Assembly (NCBI GenBank): GCA_963754875.1
Contig: CAVWHO010000013.1
Coordinates: 1-64,000 of the forward strand
Direction: 5' to 3'
DNA length: 64,000 nt
Source of the DNA: Nitrospirota bacterium
GTDB taxonomy: Bacteria > Nitrospirota > UBA9217
In this document: piece by piece, positions 9,307-19,128 of the stretch
Position numbering within the stretch: the stretch's first letter is position 1
How the letters are laid out: each line of letters begins with the position of its first letter
The notes under the pieces: model-generated
Told to the model about the DNA's origin: nothing
Database searches by the model: none
What the model saw: the letters and a program-made list of their open reading frames with translations, nothing else
Program-made: the position numbers and the translations under genes

Positions 9307-10172
9307 GGCATGCGGAAAAAGAAGTGATCAGCCGACAGGAGCGACATGATGAAGAAAAGATAAATGTTTATCTTCCTGAAGAGGAGGGGCGAAGGAGGAA
9401 GCAGGGAATGCTTTCGCACGAGCGCTCTTTCGTTCCAAATGAGCCATGCCGCCAACGGGACAAATGAATAACAGACAAAGGGCGACCGCACCGACCCATA
9501 GAGCGGCAGGGCGAGGCTCGCGATCGCTGCGGCGACGATCCAGGCGAAGGTGACCCGCGCGATCTGGCGCTTCGTCATCACCCGGGTGAGAGAAGGCAGA
9601 CCGGCCTGTTCGTATTCCTCGCCATGGTGCAGGACTTGGAGCCAAAAGTGGGGGACCTGCCACAGGAAAAAGAGGAAGGAGACGACGAAAAGACGCCGGT
9701 CCGTTATTGCGCCGCCCGCTGCGGTCCAGCCGATGGCCGGGGGGACCATGCCGACGACGGCGCCCGGCACCGCGGCAAAGGCCGTGATCCGTTTGAGCCC
9801 GGTATAGACGCCGTTGTACCACAGGACCGCAAAAAAGCCCAGCGCCACGGCCGTCCTACTCCCGGTGAAGGCGAGGAGGCATAGTCCTCCCGCAATGAGT
9901 ACTAATGAGCTTGCGAGGGCCTGCCGAGGACGTATCCTGCCTGACGGGAGGGGTCTTCTTCTCGTGCGTTCCATCCGCGCGTCGATGTCCTGTTCCTGGT
10001 ACTGGTTCAGGGCCGAGGCCCCGCAGGCGAGCAAAAACACGGCCGTCATCGGCAGAAGGGCGTGGACCGCGAAATCGTGCGTGCCCAGGAGGAAACCGGC
10101 CCCTGCGGAGCAGGCGGCAAAGAGGGAAAGGGGCATGCGGCAGAGCCGCGCGTATGATTGCAAGCGTCTCAT
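9303..10172 (-). CDS. ctaB: Protoheme IX farnesyltransferase (heme O synthase)
   Basis: ALNQYQEQDIDARMERTRRRPLPSG, WQVPHFW; ATG one base after the coxB stop. Confidence 0.92.
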   Translation of the reverse strand: MRRLQSYARLCRMPLSLFAACSAGAGFLLGTHDFAVHALLPMTAVFLLACGASALNQYQEQDIDARMERTRRRPLPSGRIRPRQALASSLVLIAGGLCLLAFTGSRTAVALGFFAVLWYNGVYTGLKRITAFAAVPGAVVGMVPPAIGWTAAGGAITDRRLFVVSFLFFLWQVPHFWLQVLHHGEEYEQAGLPSLTRVMTKRQIARVTFAWIVAAAIASLALPLYGSVRSPFVCYSFVPLAAWLIWNERALVRKHSLLPPSPLLFRKINIYLFFIMSLLSADHFFFRMP

Positions 10173-10173
10173 A

Positions 10174-11148
10174 TTATTTGAGCGATTTAACATATTCGAT
10201 GATCGCATTGATCTGCGCGTCGGTGAGTTGTCCCTGCTGCGACGGCATGACGGGCGGAAAGCCCTTGACCCGGTCGATCTCCGGATGGAGGAGTGTCTGC
10301 CTGATGAACGCGTCGTCCACGGTGATCTCCCGCTCCTGGCCGTTGTGGATCACCGTTTCTTTTTTGCCGAAAACCCCCTTGAACGTCGGTCCGATCTTGG
10401 GCGTTCCGTCGGTCGTATGACAGGCAACGCAGCCCTTCGTCTGGAAGAGTTCGGCGCCCTCGTGGGCGAGAGGCTCCGCTTCGGGAGCTTTTTTTGCCGA
10501 TTTTTTTGCGCCCGGCAATGTCTGTTCGGCTTCAACGGCCTGTTCTTTCCTGCCTGAGTACCAGTCGTCAAAATCCTTCTGCGTCATGACCTCGACTTTC
10601 GTTATCATGGAAGAATGCCCGACACCGCAATACTCGGTACAGAAGAGATCGTAGGAACCGAGTTGGTCCGGCAGGAACCATAAGTGCGTCTCCATGCCCG
10701 GCACGGCGTCTTCCTTGATATGGTAGGCTGGAATGAAAAGGCTGTGCAGCACGTCGGCCGAGGTGATCAGGAGCTTGATCGGCTTTCCAACCGGCACTTT
10801 GAGGACGTTGTCCTCCTTGCCGTTCGCGTAGTCGAAAGTCCACGACCACTGGCGCGCAGTGACCTTTATAGGCATGGCATCGGGCGGGGCCGTGCGCATG
10901 TACACGAAGCCTTTCCAGCCCACGTAAAACATCGCCATTACGAGGATGGTGGGGATGACCGTCCAGAGGATCTCGAGCGGGACGTTTTCCCTCACTTCCT
11001 CGGCCCGGGGATGGCGCTTCCTGCTGTACCGGAACACGAAGTAGAGCATCACCCCTGTGTTCAGTGCCAGGAGCGTCACGGAAATTCCCAGGATAAAGTA
11101 GAACGTGTCGTCCGCGGGATTGGACATGTTCGGCCAGCCGGTTACCAT
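10174..11148 (-). CDS. coxB: Cytochrome c oxidase subunit II with fused cytochrome c (caa3 type)
   Basis: CuA motif DVLHS...CTEYCGVGHSSM; C-terminal CVACH heme. Confidence 0.95.
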   Translation of the reverse strand: MVTGWPNMSNPADDTFYFILGISVTLLALNTGVMLYFVFRYSRKRHPRAEEVRENVPLEILWTVIPTILVMAMFYVGWKGFVYMRTAPPDAMPIKVTARQWSWTFDYANGKEDNVLKVPVGKPIKLLITSADVLHSLFIPAYHIKEDAVPGMETHLWFLPDQLGSYDLFCTEYCGVGHSSMITKVEVMTQKDFDDWYSGRKEQAVEAEQTLPGAKKSAKKAPEAEPLAHEGAELFQTKGCVACHTTDGTPKIGPTFKGVFGKKETVIHNGQEREITVDDAFIRQTLLHPEIDRVKGFPPVMPSQQGQLTDAQINAIIEYVKSLK

Positions 11149-11155
11149 GGATACC

Positions 11156-11218
11156 TCAGTTCAGAGTTCATAGTTCTTAGTACAGAGTCTTTGGACCTTG
11201 AACTCTGAACTCCGTACT
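11156..11218. repeat. Inverted array of heptamer repeats (GTTCAGA-like)
   Basis: GTTCAGA GTTCATA GTTCTTA GTACAGA ... CCTTGAA CTCTGAA CTCCGTA. Confidence 0.6.
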
Positions 11219-11223
11219 ATTTT

Positions 11224-11511
11224 TTATCTATACCATATATCGAAGAACGTAAGCCCGATAATGATCGAGATCGTTATCAGCGGCACGAAGATCAGAAGCT
11301 TGAACAGCCTTTTTTCGTATTTCAGGTGCATGAAGAACCAGAGCACGAGGCTCGCCTTGGTCGAGGCGATGGCGATATTGGCGACCATGCTCCATTCGCC
11401 CATTTTCATCTGCGCGGCCTTGATCGTCAGACCTGTCAGGCATAAAAGCGCGATCCAGACGAAAACGAAGGTCCTGGTCGCTACGGAATGTTGCCCTTCT
11501 TTCTCTTCCAT
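11224..11511 (-). CDS. coxD: Cytochrome c oxidase subunit IV
   Basis: IASTKASLVLWFFMHLKYE motif, three TM helices. Confidence 0.9.
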   Translation of the reverse strand: MEEKEGQHSVATRTFVFVWIALLCLTGLTIKAAQMKMGEWSMVANIAIASTKASLVLWFFMHLKYEKRLFKLLIFVPLITISIIIGLTFFDIWYR

Positions 11512-11530
11512 AATGGGTTTTCGCTTTCGA

Positions 11531-11585
11531 GTGGCCGCAAACTTCAGTTTGCGTTCTGATTGCGCAGGCTAAAGCCTGCGGCTAC
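11531..11585. repeat. GTAG-family REP doublet
   Basis: GTGGCCGCAAACTTCAGTTTGCG ... CGCAGGCTAAAGCCTGCGGCTAC inverted pair. Confidence 0.55.
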
Positions 11586-11599
11586 ACCTAAAAAAAATT

Positions 11600-12211
11600 T
11601 TACAGGATCAGGTAGAACAGCGGGAACAGGTATATCCAGATGACATCGACGAGGTGCCAGAAGAGCCCCGCGTTCTCCAGTTTAATGTAATCGTCGCTCG
11701 TCACGTTGTTGCGGAGCGTCAGCACCAGGATGAATGCAATGACGCTCATGCCGATGATGACATGGAGCGCGTGAATGCCCGTCATGACGTAGTACAGCCC
11801 GAAGAAGAGGATCTTGCCGTGGCCCATGGCCAGGAGCTGCGGCGAGTCGGGGTAGAGGCCGTGGCGGATATGATCGCTCCATTCGAAGTACTTGTTCACG
11901 AGAAAGGCGATCCCCAGGAGGATTGTGACCGCCTGGAGCAGGACGGAGCTTTTCTTCGCCCCTTTTTTGATCATCGAGATCGACAGCGCCATGGTAAGGC
12001 TGCTGGTCAAAAGGATGATGGTATTGACCGCCCCGATGACCACGTTCATTTCTTTGCCCGCCTCATGGAAGTCGGCCGTGTTCACTTCCCGGTAGACGGA
12101 GTAGAGCAGGAACATCCCTCCGAAGAGGAGCACCTCGGTGAACAGGAAGAACCACATGCCGAGTTTGGCGCCGGTGTAGTCGCGGTGTTCGATGTGAGAA
12201 GCTTCATTCAT
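11600..12211 (-). CDS. coxC: Cytochrome c oxidase subunit III
   Basis: GMWFFLFTEVLLFGG, TGIHALHV, FWHLVDVIWIYLFPLFY. Confidence 0.95.
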   Translation of the reverse strand: MNEASHIEHRDYTGAKLGMWFFLFTEVLLFGGMFLLYSVYREVNTADFHEAGKEMNVVIGAVNTIILLTSSLTMALSISMIKKGAKKSSVLLQAVTILLGIAFLVNKYFEWSDHIRHGLYPDSPQLLAMGHGKILFFGLYYVMTGIHALHVIIGMSVIAFILVLTLRNNVTSDDYIKLENAGLFWHLVDVIWIYLFPLFYLIL

Positions 12212-12297
12212 AAGAATACCTGCATTGGGCAGAGGGCAGAGAGCAGAGAGTGTAATGCGCTTTTTTACGCCGTGCTCCCTGCATCGTGCGCTTTGCG

Positions 12298-13884
12298 CTA
12301 CATAAACTCATACGGTCCCTTCGTGACCACGGGCTGCTCCGCGAAGTTTTCCTTGGGCGGAGGGGACGTGGTCTGCCATTCGAGCGACGCGGCCTCCCAG
12401 GGATTGTCGCCGGACTTCTCTCCCGCGAAGAGCGAATGGATCAGGTTATAGAACATGATGATGAGGCCCATGGCAAGGATCCAGGACCCGATCGTTGCAA
12501 CCAGGTTCGGAGTGTTGAACTGGGGAAGATAATCGTAATAGCGCCGGGGCATGCCTTCCCACCCCAGGACGAACATGGAGAAGTAGAGCATGTTGAAGCC
12601 GATGAAAAGAAATACCCAGCCGAGTTTGGCGAGGTGCTCTTCGTACATCCTCCCGAACATCTTGGGGAACCAGTAGTGGAGTCCCGCGAAGAACCCCATG
12701 GCCGCGCCCCCGAACATCACATAGTGGAAGTGGCCCACGATGAAATAGGTGCCGTGGACGTGCACGTCCACAGAAAGGGCCCCCTGGAAGAGACCGGTCA
12801 GGCCGCCGATGGAGAACAGGAAAATGAACCCGAGGGTATACAGGAGCGGCGCGTCCACCCTGATCGAACCCTTGTACATGCTTGCGATCCAGCTGTAGAT
12901 CTTGACCCCGCTCGGCACGGCCACGAGGAACGTGAGGAACGAAAAAATGATCCGGGCCGTGTCGCTCATGCCGCTGGTGAACATGTGGTGGCCCCAGACA
13001 AGGTAGCCCACGAAGGCGATGGCAAGGCTCGATGCGGCGATGGCCGTGTAGCCGAAGATGTTCTTACGGCTGAACACGGGGATGATGTCGGTCACGGCGC
13101 CCATGGCGGGCAGGATCATGATGTACACCGCCGGGTGCGAGTAGATCCAGAACATATGCTCGAAGAGGATCGGGTCCCCGCCCTTGGCCGGGTCGAAGAA
13201 GCCCACGCCGAAGAACCGCTCGAGGATGATGAGCACCAGGGTGATGGCGATGACCGGCGTGGCCAGGAGCTGGATCCAGGACGTGGCGTAGATGGCCCAG
13301 GTGAACAGGGTCATCCTTCTCCACGTCATGCCGGGCGCCCTCAGGCGGTGGATCGTCGTGAGGAAGTTCATGCCCGTGAGCGTGGAGGAAAGACCGATCA
13401 GGAACACGCCGAAGACCGCCAGCGAGATGTTCGTCCCGGTCCTGACGCTGTAGGGAACATAGAAGGTCCAGCCCGTGTCCGGCGGGCCGCCGCCGGTAAA
13501 GAGGGACGTGAGCGCGCAGGCCGCGCCGAACATGAAGAGCCACCACGAGAGGATGTTGATCTTCGGGAAGGCAACGTCGCGCGCGCCGATCTGGAGCGGC
13601 ATGATGAAATTTCCGAGCGACGAAGGGATGCCCGGGATGATGAAGAGGAAGATCATGATCACGCCATGGAGCGTGAAGATGGCGTTGTAGGTCTGGGCGC
13701 TGTAGAAGTGCATGCCCGAGCGGATGAGCTCAAGCCGCATGGTGAGGCCCAGCAACACGCCCACGGCAAAAAAACTGAGCGTGGAAACGAGGTAGAGCAG
13801 GCCGATCCTCTTGTGGTCCGTGGTAAAGATCCAGCCGAAGATGCCGGGGTATCGGGTCGGAGCATGGTAGAAGCTTGTTTCCAT
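12298..13884 (-). CDS. coxA: Cytochrome c oxidase subunit I, A2 type
   Basis: DHKRIG, GWTFY, YSHPAVY (A2 YS motif), WGHHM, GHFHY, GMPRRY. Confidence 0.97.
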   Translation of the reverse strand: METSFYHAPTRYPGIFGWIFTTDHKRIGLLYLVSTLSFFAVGVLLGLTMRLELIRSGMHFYSAQTYNAIFTLHGVIMIFLFIIPGIPSSLGNFIMPLQIGARDVAFPKINILSWWLFMFGAACALTSLFTGGGPPDTGWTFYVPYSVRTGTNISLAVFGVFLIGLSSTLTGMNFLTTIHRLRAPGMTWRRMTLFTWAIYATSWIQLLATPVIAITLVLIILERFFGVGFFDPAKGGDPILFEHMFWIYSHPAVYIMILPAMGAVTDIIPVFSRKNIFGYTAIAASSLAIAFVGYLVWGHHMFTSGMSDTARIIFSFLTFLVAVPSGVKIYSWIASMYKGSIRVDAPLLYTLGFIFLFSIGGLTGLFQGALSVDVHVHGTYFIVGHFHYVMFGGAAMGFFAGLHYWFPKMFGRMYEEHLAKLGWVFLFIGFNMLYFSMFVLGWEGMPRRYYDYLPQFNTPNLVATIGSWILAMGLIIMFYNLIHSLFAGEKSGDNPWEAASLEWQTTSPPPKENFAEQPVVTKGPYEFM

Positions 13885-13947
13885 AACGAGCGCACCGCCT
13901 TAAAGTCTTTTTTCCCGCAGGACGCGGAGGAAAAACCCGAAAAAAAT

Positions 13948-14739
13948 TCAGGGTGTCTGTTTTTTGCGCGACGTGATCATGAGATACGCAAAGAACGAGC
14001 CGACGAACAGGACCATCACGGTCCCGGTGACCTTCAGGATGTTGAACACGTAGGATTTCTTGAGCGGGTCATAACTGAAACAGTACATGAGCACTTTGCG
14101 CGTCGTGGAGCCGACCCTGCCCTCGGAAGCCTCGGTGAGGGCCATGGTCAATTCGAAAGGCAGAAACGTGACGCCTTCAATGTAGCGTACGATCTTTCCT
14201 CCGGGCGCGATGACAACGAGCGTGACGGGATGCGAAAAATCATGTTCGCTGTCTTGCTGGAACCTGAAACCGATGGAGTCGGTGAACTTGCGTATGTTCC
14301 CCCTGTCGCCGGTCAGGAATTTCCAGGCGTCTTCAGGGAACGGCCTGCCGACGGCCTTCAGGTAGTTCGGCTTTTTGTCTCGGGCGATTGCCGGCGTGTC
14401 GTGTTCGTCGAAGCTGATTGCCAGCACCTGGTAATCCTTGCCGGGTTGCATCAGGTCGATCCCCCCCAGGGCCCGGGCCAGTCCGGTGAGCAGCAGGGGG
14501 CATTCGTGCGTGCAGCCGAGGTAGACGGGCGCGATGATCGTGGGTTTGTCGATCAGGTCCTTGAGCAAGACGCGCTTGCCGTTCTCTTCGACAAAAGCAA
14601 CGTCAGCGGGAAGGTATTGACCAGGCTTTTCCTCGAGCTCAACGTCGGCGCGTGTGGCCGTTGTCCCATGTCCCCAAGCCAGGTGCGTTAGCAGGAGGAG
14701 CGGCAACAGGTAGGCGAGTCTGCGCATTGAAAAAATCAA
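13948..14739 (-). CDS. SCO family copper chaperone
   Basis: CTHECP (CxxxC), FSHP, YCFSYDP; first gene of the oxidase operon. Confidence 0.9.
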   Translation of the reverse strand: MIFSMRRLAYLLPLLLLTHLAWGHGTTATRADVELEEKPGQYLPADVAFVEENGKRVLLKDLIDKPTIIAPVYLGCTHECPLLLTGLARALGGIDLMQPGKDYQVLAISFDEHDTPAIARDKKPNYLKAVGRPFPEDAWKFLTGDRGNIRKFTDSIGFRFQQDSEHDFSHPVTLVVIAPGGKIVRYIEGVTFLPFELTMALTEASEGRVGSTTRKVLMYCFSYDPLKKSYVFNILKVTGTVMVLFVGSFFAYLMITSRKKQTP

Positions 14740-14901
14740 AAGGTCCTCTTGGTTTCGTGATAGACACGTAAGGTACTGCGTTCCGGCGATTGACAGTATA
14801 AGAATAGCGTAAACAGACAGGCAAAGTCAAGTAAACTGCGGCCGACGTCATCATGGGTCTAGCAATTGCAAAAAGCGGAAGAAATGGTATATACTATTCC
14901 T

Positions 14902-15681
14902 ATGCTCGTATTTAAACAAACGGAGCAGTGCATGGTCTGCGGGTCTGCGCTTGAATATTTGCAAAAATCAGAGTGCAGAGTGTGCACGTTCTGCAAAAAA
15001 AAGGAAGAGGGGCATATTGCCTGTCCCCGGGGCCACTTCGTCTGCGACACCTGCCATGGGGCGGATGCGAGAAAAATGATCGAACAGACGGTCTTCTCGA
15101 CCCGGGCCGCAGACCCCCTTGCCATCGCCGAACTCATGATCAGTCACCCGGGCCTCCCGATGCTCGGGTGCGAACACGCTTTTATTGCCGCCGGGGCCCT
15201 CATGGCAGCGCTCAAAAACTCGCCCTACGGAACCGGTAAGATCTCGAACGCTCATATTCAAGAGGCCTTTGACCGGACAGCGAAACAGGCTGTCGGCGGC
15301 TACTGCGGTCTCACCGGCGTGTGCGGAATTGCGCCGGCCGTCGGCTCCTGCTTTTCCGTCTTCCTGGGCGCGAGGTGCGGCACGGACAGTGAGCAAAAGA
15401 TTACCATGGACGCGGTGATCAGGGTAGCGCAGGCCATCTCCGGTCTGACCGGCCCGAGTTGCTGTAAAGCCTACGTGCGCGCTGCGCTCGCTGAGTCAGT
15501 CGCCCTGCTGGGCGAGCGGCTCGGGATTGTGCTGCCGGTCAAGGAAAGCACCGCCGTTTGCAGGCACAGCGACAAGCATCCCCACGGATGCAGGGAAGAA
15601 AAGTGTCCCTATTATGCAAGACCGGCAAAAGACATCTTTGCGGAGACGAAATTCGTTCCCGGCACGGTCTGTACGTCCTGA
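14902..15681 (+). CDS. DUF5714-like Cys-rich metal-binding protein
   Basis: CMVCG...CTFC...CPRGHFVCDTCH; GCEH; GGYCGLTGVCG; PSCCKA. Confidence 0.75.
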   Translation: MLVFKQTEQCMVCGSALEYLQKSECRVCTFCKKKEEGHIACPRGHFVCDTCHGADARKMIEQTVFSTRAADPLAIAELMISHPGLPMLGCEHAFIAAGALMAALKNSPYGTGKISNAHIQEAFDRTAKQAVGGYCGLTGVCGIAPAVGSCFSVFLGARCGTDSEQKITMDAVIRVAQAISGLTGPSCCKAYVRAALAESVALLGERLGIVLPVKESTAVCRHSDKHPHGCREEKCPYYARPAKDIFAETKFVPGTVCTS

Positions 15682-15820
15682 AGGCCCTGATGACCGTCCG
15701 GTCGGACGACGACAAGGGAACGAGAACTAAAAAAGACAAGTAAGAGGAAAGGCGTTCTTCTCGTCACGCCTTCCGCATCGCTGATTCAAATAAGACTCTG
15801 TATTGTTGTACGCTCACCCC

Positions 15821-16603
15821 ATGACTCCTGCGCAAACACATATCCATACGTGCCCCAACTGCGGGCACCCCATAGAAGAAAACCGCTACGTCATGAGACC
15901 GGACGGGACGTTTCGCTGCGAACACTGCTATTTCAACGACACCTATCTCGAAGGAGTTGTCCATTTTATCGATACGGCGTACCTCGTGACCCTTGAGGCC
16001 TTCGTGAGCGCCATCGATGCGAGGGAACACGAGGTGGGGAACCATTCTCTCCGAGTCATGGAATACTCCCTTATCATCGCGAACGCCTGCGAGGTGCGGG
16101 GCCGGGACCTGGTCGACCTTTATTGCGGCGCGTTGCTTCACGACATCGGCAAGATCGGCGTGCCCGATGCGGTCCTTCTCAAGTCCGGTCCGCTGAATGC
16201 CGACGAGCAGGCCGTGATGCACAAACATCCCGAGATCGGCTACCACATCATCGGCCATATCGGCTATTTTGTGCGCGCAGCCGAGATCATCCGCAGCCAT
16301 CATGAACACTTCGACGGGTCCGGGTATCCGCGAGGACTCAAGGGTGAAACAATTCCCTACGGGGCGAGGGTCTTTGCCATGTCCGACGCCCTCGATGCGA
16401 TGACGGTGAAGCGCTCGTACCACGAGGCACGCTCCTTTGAGGAGACGATGGAGGAGATTATTAAAGCCTCCGGCAAAATCTACGATCCCTCAGTTGTTCA
16501 GGCGTCCCTCAAGGCTTCCGATGAGCTCAAGGAATACATCGGCAGGATTGTGATCAATGGGATGAACCAGGGGGACGGCACCTACCCGGTTCCTGAAGAA
16601 TGA
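15821..16603 (+). CDS. HD-GYP cyclic dinucleotide phosphodiesterase with N-terminal Zn-ribbon
   Basis: LHDIGK, HHEHFDGSGYP, DALDAMT; N-terminal CPNC...CEHC. Confidence 0.9.
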   Translation: MTPAQTHIHTCPNCGHPIEENRYVMRPDGTFRCEHCYFNDTYLEGVVHFIDTAYLVTLEAFVSAIDAREHEVGNHSLRVMEYSLIIANACEVRGRDLVDLYCGALLHDIGKIGVPDAVLLKSGPLNADEQAVMHKHPEIGYHIIGHIGYFVRAAEIIRSHHEHFDGSGYPRGLKGETIPYGARVFAMSDALDAMTVKRSYHEARSFEETMEEIIKASGKIYDPSVVQASLKASDELKEYIGRIVINGMNQGDGTYPVPEE

Positions 16604-16892
16604 TCCGGTCCTCAGGGACCGCTTTTCACTACGCTTTCAAAGGTTATCGGGAAGACAGGCATGAAGACCCGGGATTGTTCGTTTCAGAAAAAAGAATCCT
16701 TTCCTCCTAGTGCACTCAGCAGACGTTTCGTGTGCGCAATTCTCGTGTAATTTTTACACGTCAGTACTGTCCGCTTCAGTCGTTCCCGCCTTTTCGATCT
16801 AAAGAAACAACTTGAGATAACATGGTGAACAGAAATAGAATTTGACACCAGTGGTGGCGGGTGTTATAGATTAAATCAGTTAAGAAAAAAAT

Positions 16893-17004
16893 GGCCCACA
16901 AACAAAAATCCTTCGTGAGAAGGTGAGGAAAGCGGCGAGTCTTTCCTGGGGGAGAAGGCCGAGCTGCCGAAGGAAAGAACCTTGGGTAAGCCCGGCTTTT
17001 TTTT
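16893..17004 (+). promoter_or_regulatory. Divergent GEMM-I (cyclic dinucleotide) riboswitch with terminator
   Basis: CCTTC-GTGA-GAAGG GNRA stem, GGAAAGC junction, GCCGAGCTGCCGAA 3' end, then GCCCGGC-TTTTTTT. TTGACA-17-TATAGA promoter at 16842-16870. Confidence 0.6.
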
Positions 17005-17043
17005 ACCCGTTGAACTCCAATCCGGATGAAGGAGGTAATGCAT

Positions 17044-17496
17044 ATGTATACTTTAATTACGGTCGGTCAGGTGCTGCGAACGAAAGGGCATGGCTTCATA
17101 ACCATCGGTCCCGATGCTTCGGCGTTTGATGCTCTCGATGTCATGGCGGAAAAGAACCTTGGCGCGCTGCTTGTCGTGGAAAACGGGAGGCTCATCGGCG
17201 TGTTTTCGGAACGGGATTATGCACGGAAGGTGATCCTGAAGGGAAAGTCGTCGAAGAACACTCGCGTGAGGGAGATCATGAGCAGCTCGCCGGTCTCCGT
17301 CAGCTCGGCGACGTCGCTGCGGGACTGCATGGTACTGATGGCGGGCAAGCATTTCCGCCATTTGCCGGTCATCGATCATGATGTACTCAGGGGCGTCCTG
17401 AGCATGAGAGATGTGGTAAATACGATCATCTCTGATCAGGAATCCACGATCGAGGAGCTTGAAGAATATATCGCCGGGACCGGTTACCGGGCGTAG
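17044..17496 (+). CDS. CBS-pair domain protein
   Basis: MAEKNLGALLVV...GVFSERDYARKV...FRHLPV. Confidence 0.92.
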   Translation: MYTLITVGQVLRTKGHGFITIGPDASAFDALDVMAEKNLGALLVVENGRLIGVFSERDYARKVILKGKSSKNTRVREIMSSSPVSVSSATSLRDCMVLMAGKHFRHLPVIDHDVLRGVLSMRDVVNTIISDQESTIEELEEYIAGTGYRA

Positions 17497-17675
17497 CTGA
17501 TCGCGTGCGACCGCTGAATCCTGTCTTTTCCCGGGCAGGGAATGCCGGGGGAAGGCATGATCCTGCCGAATGCATCGGTGCGTGTGCATGCGGACAGCGG
17601 GCGGGTGCCTGAGCATCGTCAAACGTGAGCATCGAAGAGGGCGCCGCTCATTTCGTTCGCTCTTTGGTCCGTCCG

Positions 17676-18992
17676 TTACACTTTGATATTCAGCATCGGC
17701 AGCCCCAGCCGCTGCCGCTTGTTCTCTCCCTTGAATAAATTCCCCTTTCTCTGCGGCACATCGCCGCGCTCTCCTTCGTGCTGGGCCTGCAATTTCGTCG
17801 GCAGGCTTGCCGCATGCTGTATCGCATGTTTGCCGTATTTCCTGGACAGTTCATCCACGCACTCGTAGATCTTCGCCATCTTCGCGATCTTCGTCGTATC
17901 GTCAAACAGCGTAAACTGGACCCCAGCCTCGGCTACAAGCCCGGCGAGCACGACACCGGTCTGGCGGTAGAGCGTGTGGGGCAGGTACTGTTGCTCGAAG
18001 CTCTGTCGCAAGGACGCGAAGAGCTCCGCAGGATAGGCAGTCGGACGGGTGAGCTTTATTTCGACGCCGCTACCCGTGAAGTCCTGCTTCCGTAAAAAGA
18101 CGATGAGCCGCGTGGCAGCCAGTTTGTAGCGCCGCGCTTTGATGCAGGCGCTCTCTAGATTTTTCGAAACCTGGGCAAAGACAAAGGTCTTGTCCTGCGA
18201 GGGAGGGGTGAAGGTTTTTGCCTTGCTGATGGACTGGTAGCTGTTCTTCGTTTCGGTCACGACGGGATACACGCTCCTGCCGTTCAGCTCGTGCCAGACC
18301 TCGCGGTAGGGTTTGGAAAGATGCTGTTCGACGAAGTGCTCGTCCTTGCGTGCAAAGTCGAGTGCAGTCGTGATGCCGAACTTCCTCAGGAAGGCAGCGG
18401 TGTTCGGCCCGATGCCCCAGACCTTTTCAATGGGGAGCTTTGCCAGATACAGGTGGATCTCTCTCCCGGGGATCATGGTGAGGCCGTCCGGCTTATTGTG
18501 TTTTGACCCGATTTTCGCCAGGACCTTGGAGAGGCTCACGCCAGCGGACACGGTGATTCCAAGCTCCTGCTTTGATGGTTGCCCGCATCTTGTCGGCGAT
18601 CGTTTCGTAGGAACCGTGATAGGTTCGCCTGAGGCCGGTCAAATCCACAAACGCCTCGTCAATGGAATATTCCTCAACGTCCGGAGAGAAGCGCTACGCA
18701 GGATCTCGAACATACGGACGGAGAACAGGCTGTACGTCTCGTAATCCGAGGGGAGGATTACGGCGTCGGGACAGATCTTTTTCACATCCGAAAGCTGTAC
18801 CCCGCGCTGGATTCCTTTGGCCTTAGCCTCGTAGCTTGCCGCGGCAACGATGCCGCGTTCCTTACCGGTGATGACCGGCCTGCCCTTGAGCTCGGGATGG
18901 ATCGCCTGCTCGCAGGACGCAAAGAACGCATCGGCGTCGATATGCATGATGGCCTGCGGCCAGGAGGAGAGGGAAATGAATTGGTTGTCCAT
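17676..18992 (-). pseudogene. dinB: Y-family DNA polymerase (DinB/Pol IV-like) with two frameshifts
   Basis: HIDADAFFASCE, AASYEAK. The EYSIDEAFVDLTG segment is out of frame between an extra 2 nt near 18695 and an extra 1 nt near 18572. C-terminal VWGIG and little-finger region are intact. Confidence 0.88.
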
Positions 18993-19070
18993 GGTTATTC
19001 ACCTGAAAGAAGGATAGGGAACATATAATAAGTTCGTGTAACGGCCTGTGAAAGAAAAGCCGCCACGTAA

Positions 19071-19128
19071 GGACTAACGTGAAGGTGAGTCACCGAGCGA
19101 AGCGAGGATGGCTCAAAGTTTGTTCTGG
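19071..19128 (-). other. Degenerate attC-like integron recombination site
   Basis: Minus strand CCAGAAC-AAAC-TTTGAGCCATCC-TCGCTTCGCTC-GGTGACTCA-CCTTCAC-GTTAGTC. The stop of the upstream gene lies inside it. Confidence 0.5.

Noticed and set aside
12286..14691. 801-aa plus-strand ORF (similar long ORFs at 47819-49873 and 6764-8107)
   Set aside because: Antisense shadows of well-conserved genes caused by GC-rich codon bias; no recognisable motifs.
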